DNA of 40,630 bases, taken from the NCBI GenBank assembly GCA_041640455.1, contig JBEQAF010000005.1:1-40630 (forward strand), in the 5' to 3' direction. Below the pieces are notes generated by a model. The model was not told where the DNA came from. It ran no database searches and worked only from the letters and a program-made list of their open reading frames with translations. Every line of letters starts with the position of its first letter. Within the stretch, counting starts at the first letter, position 1. This DNA is from a bacterium. Lineage in GTDB: Bacteria; CALINM01. A program made the position numbers and the translations under genes. Shown here piece after piece: positions 35,168 through 40,630 of this stretch.

Positions 35168-36640
35168 TTACATGACCCCAAGTTTTGCAACTAAATTTCT
35201 TGTCTCAAGCTGTAAAAGATCCAGCACCAGTGATGGGAACATACCAAATATTAGCAGAGCTGCTACAAGCATAACAAGCGGCACCACATCAAAATTTGTG
35301 GCATCTGGAAGCCCTTCCCATTTTGGATTAGTTTTCCCAAAATAAACTCTCTGAATGCATCTGATAATATAAAAAGCTGTAACAACTACTGAAATTACTG
35401 ATATTATGCCAAAAAGCGGATATTTTTTAACACCGGCTATAAAAACCATAAGCTCTGCCACAAAAGGAGCAAAGCCAGGCAAACCGAGCCCTGCCATTCC
35501 AGCAACAGCAAAGAAAAAAGCGGCTCTTGGCATTATGTTTGCAATCCCCCCAAGGTCTGATATCATTCTTGTGTGGGTTTTATTATACATGGCGCCTATA
35601 GAAGAAAAGTAAAGAGCTGTTACTATGCCATGAGCAAACATCTGAAAGGCTGCACCGTTCAATCCTGTCAGGGTCATTGTGGATATGCCAAAAAGCACCA
35701 TCCCCATATGTGATACGCTTGAAAAGCCTACCATAAACTTCATATCATCCTGAGCAATGGCGGTAAAAGCTCCGTATACAATATTGCACATAGAAAGCGC
35801 CATCATTACTAAAGCCCAATCTCTAAGCCCTTCTGGAAGAAGAGGTATTGCTATCCTGAGAAGTCCATATCCGCCGAGCTTCATAAGCACACCCGCATGA
35901 AGCATGCTTACCGCTGAAGGAGCGCAGGCATGACCTTCCGGTGACCAGGTATGCATAGGGAAGGACGGTATAATACTACCAAAGCCGATAAAAAAGAGCA
36001 AAAATAGCAGTGACTGCATATTGGTGGTGAACTGGGCTGATTTTTTAAGCTCCAGTATGCTGAAGGTATTCAGTCCTGCAGCTTTGTATAAATAAAGAAT
36101 CCCGCCCATGACGAAGGCGCTTCCGAAAAATAATACCAGTGTAAGCTTGAAAGCCGCATACTCTCTGTTTTTTCCTGAACCCCAGATGGCTATTAAAAGA
36201 TACATGGGAAGAACAGCCACTTCATAAAATATGGCAAAAAAGAAAAGATCAAGGGTCATAAATACGCCGAATACACCTGTGGCGAGGAAGATAAGGAGTG
36301 CATAAAACTCTTTTACTCTCTCCTCTATATGCCAGGAAACCATAACACCGGTAAAAATTGCAAGAGCATTCAGAAATACAAGCGGCACTGAAAGCCCGTC
36401 AACACCCATAAGATAGTTTATGCCATAACTGGGTATCCAGCTTACGCTCTCCATAAACTGAACTCCACCGGCGGATCTGTCATAGCTAACCATAAGAAAA
36501 ACCGACAGCAGAAAGGTTATGCCCGTACCGATTAGAGAGATCACCCTGATTGTGTTCTTCTGCTCAGGTTTGGTGAATAGAATAAGAACAACGGTTATTG
36601 TTGGAATTATTAGTATTGAAGATAATATTGGGAAATTCAA
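35168..36640 (-). CDS. nuoM: Complex I subunit M (operon 1, divergent type)
   Basis: FYEVAVLPMY, HTWSPEGHACAPSAVSMLHAGVLMKLG, SSVSHMG, FVAEL; TTG start with AGGAGG SD. Confidence 0.92.
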   Translation of the reverse strand: MNFPILSSILIIPTITVVLILFTKPEQKNTIRVISLIGTGITFLLSVFLMVSYDRSAGGVQFMESVSWIPSYGINYLMGVDGLSVPLVFLNALAIFTGVMVSWHIEERVKEFYALLIFLATGVFGVFMTLDLFFFAIFYEVAVLPMYLLIAIWGSGKNREYAAFKLTLVLFFGSAFVMGGILYLYKAAGLNTFSILELKKSAQFTTNMQSLLFLLFFIGFGSIIPSFPMHTWSPEGHACAPSAVSMLHAGVLMKLGGYGLLRIAIPLLPEGLRDWALVMMALSMCNIVYGAFTAIAQDDMKFMVGFSSVSHMGMVLFGISTMTLTGLNGAAFQMFAHGIVTALYFSSIGAMYNKTHTRMISDLGGIANIMPRAAFFFAVAGMAGLGLPGFAPFVAELMVFIAGVKKYPLFGIISVISVVVTAFYIIRCIQRVYFGKTNPKWEGLPDATNFDVVPLVMLVAALLIFGMFPSLVLDLLQLETRNLVAKLGVM

Positions 36641-36652
36641 GGCATCCTCCTT

Positions 36653-38545
36653 CTAAATTATCTGCCAAAGGAACAGAATAAAAATCAAAATTGCAAACGA
36701 TGTTCCGAGATACCTTTGCAGCATGCCGTTCATAAGTCTTGAAACAAATCTGCCGCTGTAGATGACTATATTGCCTGTACCGTTAACCCCTGTATCATTT
36801 ATAATCTTCCTATCAATCCAGTTAAGAACCGTTGCAAATGGGATGACAAAACCTCTGACCAGCAGAAAGTAAAAATCGTCTATGTAATATTTGTTTACCA
36901 GCAGGTTTTTTATAAACCCTACCTTTTCTACAAACCCTTCTCTTCTCCCTGTTTTTCCTGCAAACTGAATATAGGCAAAGGCTATTCCAGCAACGGCAAC
37001 GATGGTTGATTTAACCATTACTCCCCAGTGTAGATGCTCCACTTCATGCTTGTTCAACAGGAACTTATCAAAATAGCCGCCCAGCATGGGGGTATCAAGA
37101 AAGCCGAAAAATACTGAGAATACGGCAAGAATTATTAGCGGTATAGTCATATTATAAGGAGAATCATGTCCGTGATGTTCCGAATGCCCGTGCTCTTCAT
37201 GACAATTTTCATGATGATGGGCAGGTTCTGGAGAAAGCAGTACAAAAATCATCCTGAAGGTATAATAGGCGGTCATAAAACTTATCAGCATGGTAAGATA
37301 GGCAAAAGCCTCTTTATGATTCTGCTCAAAGGCTACTATTATGGCATCCTTGCTAAAAAACCCTGCCATGGGGAATATGCCCGCAAGGGCAAGAGAGCCG
37401 ATAATCAGAGTGGTCAACGTAATCTTCATCTTCCTTACGCCGCCCTTCTCTGCCATCTCCCACATATCATTGGTATTGAAATGATGTATCAGACTTCCTG
37501 CACACAAAAACAGCAGGGCTTTGAAAAACGCATGGGAAAACAGATGAAACACACCTGCCTTATATCCGCCTGCACCTAAGACAGAAACCATAAGTCCAAG
37601 CTGGCTTATGGTGGAGTAAGCCATCACCTTTTTAACGTCGTCCTGAACGAGGGCTATGGTGGCTGCTACAAAGGAGGTAATTATTCCAACCACGGCTATA
37701 AACTCCATGGCAAAAGGCGAAGAGCTGAAAAACCCGAAGGCTCTCGCAATAAGATATATGCCTGCGGCAACCATAGTAGCGGCATGGATTAATGCTGAAA
37801 CAGGGGTAGGACCTTCCATGGCATCTGGTAGCCATGCATGAAGCGGAAACTGAGCGCTTTTACCCATAATCCCCATGAATATAAGAAGGGCACAGGCAGT
37901 AAGAAGACTATGGTTAACAGCTGGTGACTTTCCCAGCTGATTTAATACACCAAAATCTATATTGCCAAAGCTGACAAGCAGTATAAGAAGCCCAACAAAA
38001 AAACCGAAATCGCCAAATCTGGTCATTACGAACGCCTTTTTTGCAGCGGCTGCTGCTTCGGGCTTATGAAACCAGAAGCCTATAAGAAGAAACGATGCAG
38101 CGCCTACCAGCTCCCATCCAAAAAATGCCTGTAGAAGGGTGGGAGATATGACAAAAAGTAGCATTGCCCATGAGAATAGAGAAAGCCATGCATAAAACCG
38201 AGCCAGCCCCTTTTCACCATGCATATATCCTAAGGAATATATATGCACCAGCAGGCTTACCAGACATACAACTATCATCATGCCGAGAGAAAGCGCATCA
38301 AAAAGCACTCCAAACTTAAGGCTGAAATAATCTGTCACAAGCCATGTAAAATAATAGGTTTCAGCTTTTACCCCCTGCATATTGCTAAAGTAAAGGTAGA
38401 AGGTAATAACTGTGGATAGGGAAATAGCCAGAATTGCCACAAAGGCTGATAACATTTTATGGTTTCTTGTTAAAATGCCTATTATAAATATGGAAACAAA
38501 GGGCGCAAAAACAGCTAATACGGTAAGCAGTATATTCTGACTCAT
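36653..38545 (-). CDS. nuoL: Complex I subunit L (operon 1)
   Basis: GWELVG, GKSAQFPLHAWLPDAMEGPTP, HAFFK, FFSKD, His-rich loop. Confidence 0.94.
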   Translation of the reverse strand: MSQNILLTVLAVFAPFVSIFIIGILTRNHKMLSAFVAILAISLSTVITFYLYFSNMQGVKAETYYFTWLVTDYFSLKFGVLFDALSLGMMIVVCLVSLLVHIYSLGYMHGEKGLARFYAWLSLFSWAMLLFVISPTLLQAFFGWELVGAASFLLIGFWFHKPEAAAAAKKAFVMTRFGDFGFFVGLLILLVSFGNIDFGVLNQLGKSPAVNHSLLTACALLIFMGIMGKSAQFPLHAWLPDAMEGPTPVSALIHAATMVAAGIYLIARAFGFFSSSPFAMEFIAVVGIITSFVAATIALVQDDVKKVMAYSTISQLGLMVSVLGAGGYKAGVFHLFSHAFFKALLFLCAGSLIHHFNTNDMWEMAEKGGVRKMKITLTTLIIGSLALAGIFPMAGFFSKDAIIVAFEQNHKEAFAYLTMLISFMTAYYTFRMIFVLLSPEPAHHHENCHEEHGHSEHHGHDSPYNMTIPLIILAVFSVFFGFLDTPMLGGYFDKFLLNKHEVEHLHWGVMVKSTIVAVAGIAFAYIQFAGKTGRREGFVEKVGFIKNLLVNKYYIDDFYFLLVRGFVIPFATVLNWIDRKIINDTGVNGTGNIVIYSGRFVSRLMNGMLQRYLGTSFAILIFILFLWQII

Positions 38546-38547
38546 AT

Positions 38548-38859
38548 CTACCCCTTTAACTCGTTAAGTTTTTCAGCATCAATCTCTTTGTAATGCTTAA
38601 ACGTCAAGAATATGAGAGCCAATGCTATGGTTGTCTCAGCAGCGGCGAGAGCTATTATAAATATGGCAATTACCTGTCCCAGGGCATGACCATTGGCTAC
38701 AAACCTGTTTATGGCAAGCAGGTTTATGGTAACACCGTTTAATATGAGCTCAATGCAGATGAGCATAATTACCAGATTTCTTCTGATAAAAACGCCCACA
38801 AGCCCCAATGAAATTAAAATCAGACTTAGTAAAAGATATGGAAAAAGGCTTGAAGCCAT
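38548..38859 (-). CDS. nuoK: Complex I subunit K (operon 1)
   Basis: RRN, CIELILN, AAAE, terminal LKG. Confidence 0.93.
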   Translation of the reverse strand: MASSLFPYLLLSLILISLGLVGVFIRRNLVIMLICIELILNGVTINLLAINRFVANGHALGQVIAIFIIALAAAETTIALALIFLTFKHYKEIDAEKLNELKG

Positions 38860-38860
38860 C

Positions 38861-39355
38861 TTAATCCTCCTTCTTGGCTAACACTATGGCGCCCATGATT
38901 GCAACAAGCAGTATAAAGGAGATTATCTCAAATGGTACGGCCATCTTTGTGGCAAGCAGATACCCTACCTGTTTTATGGTACCCTGTGCCTCTCCAAGCA
39001 CAAATCTGGCATCTTTAAACTTTCCATAAAGCACAGCAAAGAGCACAACAAAAAAGGCAAAAGACGTGATCACACCTATAGCCACCTTGTATTTATTTAC
39101 TTTCTTTGGCTGAACTGTAACGGGTGGAGAAAGCATAATAACAAATATTATGGCAACCGATATGGCACCCACATAAACCAGAACCTGTAATGCGGCTATA
39201 AACTCATAACCAAGAAAGATATAAATACCTGCAATGGAAAATATAGAACATGCCATTGCAAAGGCATTGTAGATAGGCTTATGCCAGAATACAGCCAAAA
39301 CGGCAAATACAACAATTATAAGCCAGAACAGAATAAATACGGCATCACTAAACAT
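38861..39355 (-). CDS. nuoJ: Complex I subunit J (operon 1)
   Basis: QVLVYVGAISV, PFE; lies between nuoI and nuoK. Confidence 0.92.
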   Translation of the reverse strand: MFSDAVFILFWLIIVVFAVLAVFWHKPIYNAFAMACSIFSIAGIYIFLGYEFIAALQVLVYVGAISVAIIFVIMLSPPVTVQPKKVNKYKVAIGVITSFAFFVVLFAVLYGKFKDARFVLGEAQGTIKQVGYLLATKMAVPFEIISFILLVAIMGAIVLAKKED

Positions 39356-39788
39356 TTTTATCTCCTAAGGTATCTAACCTGATTATTAACCTGTCCTTTG
39401 ATCTTTCTGCTACCTCATAAACCTTTGAATGCTCAATGGCATCCACTGGACAGCTGTCCACACAAAGCCCGCAGTAAATACATAAACTCAGATTTACATA
39501 AAATTCTGATAGCTGTTTCTTCTTGGAACCTTCTGGAGTAACAGTTTCTATTTTTATTGCATTTGAAGGGCAGACCTTTTCACAGCTAAGACAGGCTATA
39601 CATTTGAGATTCCCTTCTTCGTTCCTTTTCAATCTTATACTCCCCTTATACCTATCTGCTATCTTCTTTTTTTCATGAGGATACTGCAGGGTTACAGGCT
39701 TTTTAAAGAAATAGGACAGGGATAAAGCAAGCCCTTTTATTACCGTTCTGATCCCTAGATTTACTTTATGAAAATAAGATGCTTTCAT
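39348..39788 (-). CDS. nuoI: Complex I subunit I (operon 1)
   Basis: TLQYP, KCIACLSCEKVCP, CIYCGLCVDSCP. Confidence 0.93.
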   Translation of the reverse strand: MKASYFHKVNLGIRTVIKGLALSLSYFFKKPVTLQYPHEKKKIADRYKGSIRLKRNEEGNLKCIACLSCEKVCPSNAIKIETVTPEGSKKKQLSEFYVNLSLCIYCGLCVDSCPVDAIEHSKVYEVAERSKDRLIIRLDTLGDKNV

Positions 39789-39802
39789 CTTTATGGCTCT
39801 CC

Positions 39803-40630
39803 CTAAAATAGTTTCATAATAAACGTGGTTACAAGAAGATTAATTAGCGCTAAAGGGGTAAGAAATTTCCAGCAAAAGTTCATTAACTGGTCTGGTCTTA
39901 ATCTCGGGAACGCCCATCTTACCCATATTATGAAAAACACAACTGCATACGTTTTTATAAAAAACCAGACTATCGGTGGCAAGACCGGACCTCGCCATCC
40001 CCCAAGGAAAAGCGTTGTTGCCATTGCTGACACTAAAAACATATTGGTATATTCTGCCATAAAAAATACGGCGAATCTCATGCCAGAATACTCCGTATGG
40101 AAGCCTGCAACGAGCTCGGATTCAGCCTCTGGTATGTCAAAAGGGGTTCTATTAAGCTCCGCTATAGCCGCAATTATGTAAATTATAAATGCTACGGGCT
40201 GGATAAAAACAAACCATACCTTTGACTGAAAGGATACTATCTCTGAAAGCTTTAAACTCTGAGTTATTATTACTATGGTAAGAATGCTCAATATAATCGG
40301 GATCTCATAGGCTATGGACTGAGCTATTGACCTTACAGCACCCATGAGAGAGTATTTGTTGTTTGATGCCCATCCTGCCATAAATATACCGATGGTTGAT
40401 ATGCAAGAGATGCTGAAAAAGTAAAGAAGCCCAATATTCAGATCCCTTACCTGAAACTTGTCTGAAAAGGGGATTACCACAAACATTAATAGAGATGGGA
40501 AAAATGCCAGATAGGGAGCCAGAGGGAAGAGCTTTTTATCCACACCCTTAGGGGTTATTATCTCTTTTGCAATAAGCTTTAGTCCGTCAGCAGCGCTCTG
40601 AAGGGCACCGTGAAAACCAACCTCCATGGG
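39803..40630 (-). CDS. nuoH: Complex I subunit H (operon 1), 5'-truncated by the window edge
   Basis: (P)[22 protein letters not shown] corresponds to the post-TM1 loop; [17 protein letters not shown]; frame is open to the edge. Confidence 0.94.
   Translation of the reverse strand, partial: PMEVGFHGALQSAADGLKLIAKEIITPKGVDKKLFPLAPYLAFFPSLLMFVVIPFSDKFQVRDLNIGLLYFFSISCISTIGIFMAGWASNNKYSLMGAVRSIAQSIAYEIPIILSILTIVIITQSLKLSEIVSFQSKVWFVFIQPVAFIIYIIAAIAELNRTPFDIPEAESELVAGFHTEYSGMRFAVFFMAEYTNMFLVSAMATTLFLGGWRGPVLPPIVWFFIKTYAVVFFIIWVRWAFPRLRPDQLMNFCWKFLTPLALINLLVTTFIMKLF

Noticed and set aside
20859-36640. A 2M-type complex I with duplicated nuoM
   Set aside because: The two nuoM genes belong to separate L-M-N sets in separate operons.
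37160-37225. His-rich insert in NuoL of operon 1 (HHHENCHEEHGHSEHHGHDS) as a novel metal sensor
   Set aside because: His-rich loops at this position are common in NuoL; nothing specific supports a new function.
558-40181. The many short ORFs in the track that overlap long genes (e.g. 2152..2520, 17225..17665, 26891..27328, 37166..37579, 21487..21759)
   Set aside because: They lie antisense or out of frame within well-conserved genes and show no recognisable motifs; treated as shadow ORFs.
1-40630. tRNA (including tRNA-Sec), rRNA, CRISPR array, IS/prophage or defence genes
   Set aside because: Coding density is very high, the only sizeable gap (7898-8161) is AT-rich promoter DNA, and no repeat-spacer or transposase/integrase signatures were seen.

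Overview
Low-GC chromosomal region of an anaerobic bacterium (protein sequences look Desulfobacterota/Nitrospirota-like; taxonomy cannot be fixed from this window). I found no mobile elements, RNA genes or CRISPR arrays. The left ~5 kb holds housekeeping and accessory genes: a partial carboxy(nor)spermidine/saccharopine dehydrogenase, mnmA, iscS, a BCAM0308-family protein, an NlpC/P60 peptidase, a stand-alone LigD 3'-phosphoesterase and a DUF4124 protein. Next come an IclR regulator and two divergent AMP-forming acyl-CoA synthetases. From the right edge to 10214 there is an unbroken minus-strand run of 27 genes: the end of one complex I operon (nuoH-N), a second complete complex I-like operon, and a Wood-Ljungdahl ACS/CoFeSP cluster (RACo, cooC, acsD, acsB, acsC, acsE, MesB-type methionine synthase) with no CO dehydrogenase gene. 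The main finding is in the second nuo operon, where nuoEFG is replaced by an SfrB/GltD-type NADP(H) flavoprotein and a catalytically intact selenocysteine formate dehydrogenase. The ORF track splits that gene in two at an in-frame UGA (28220-28222), which is followed by a canonical bacterial SECIS hairpin. This suggests a proton-pumping formate/NADPH:quinone oxidoreductase linked to acetyl-CoA/C1 metabolism; the function is inferred, not shown.
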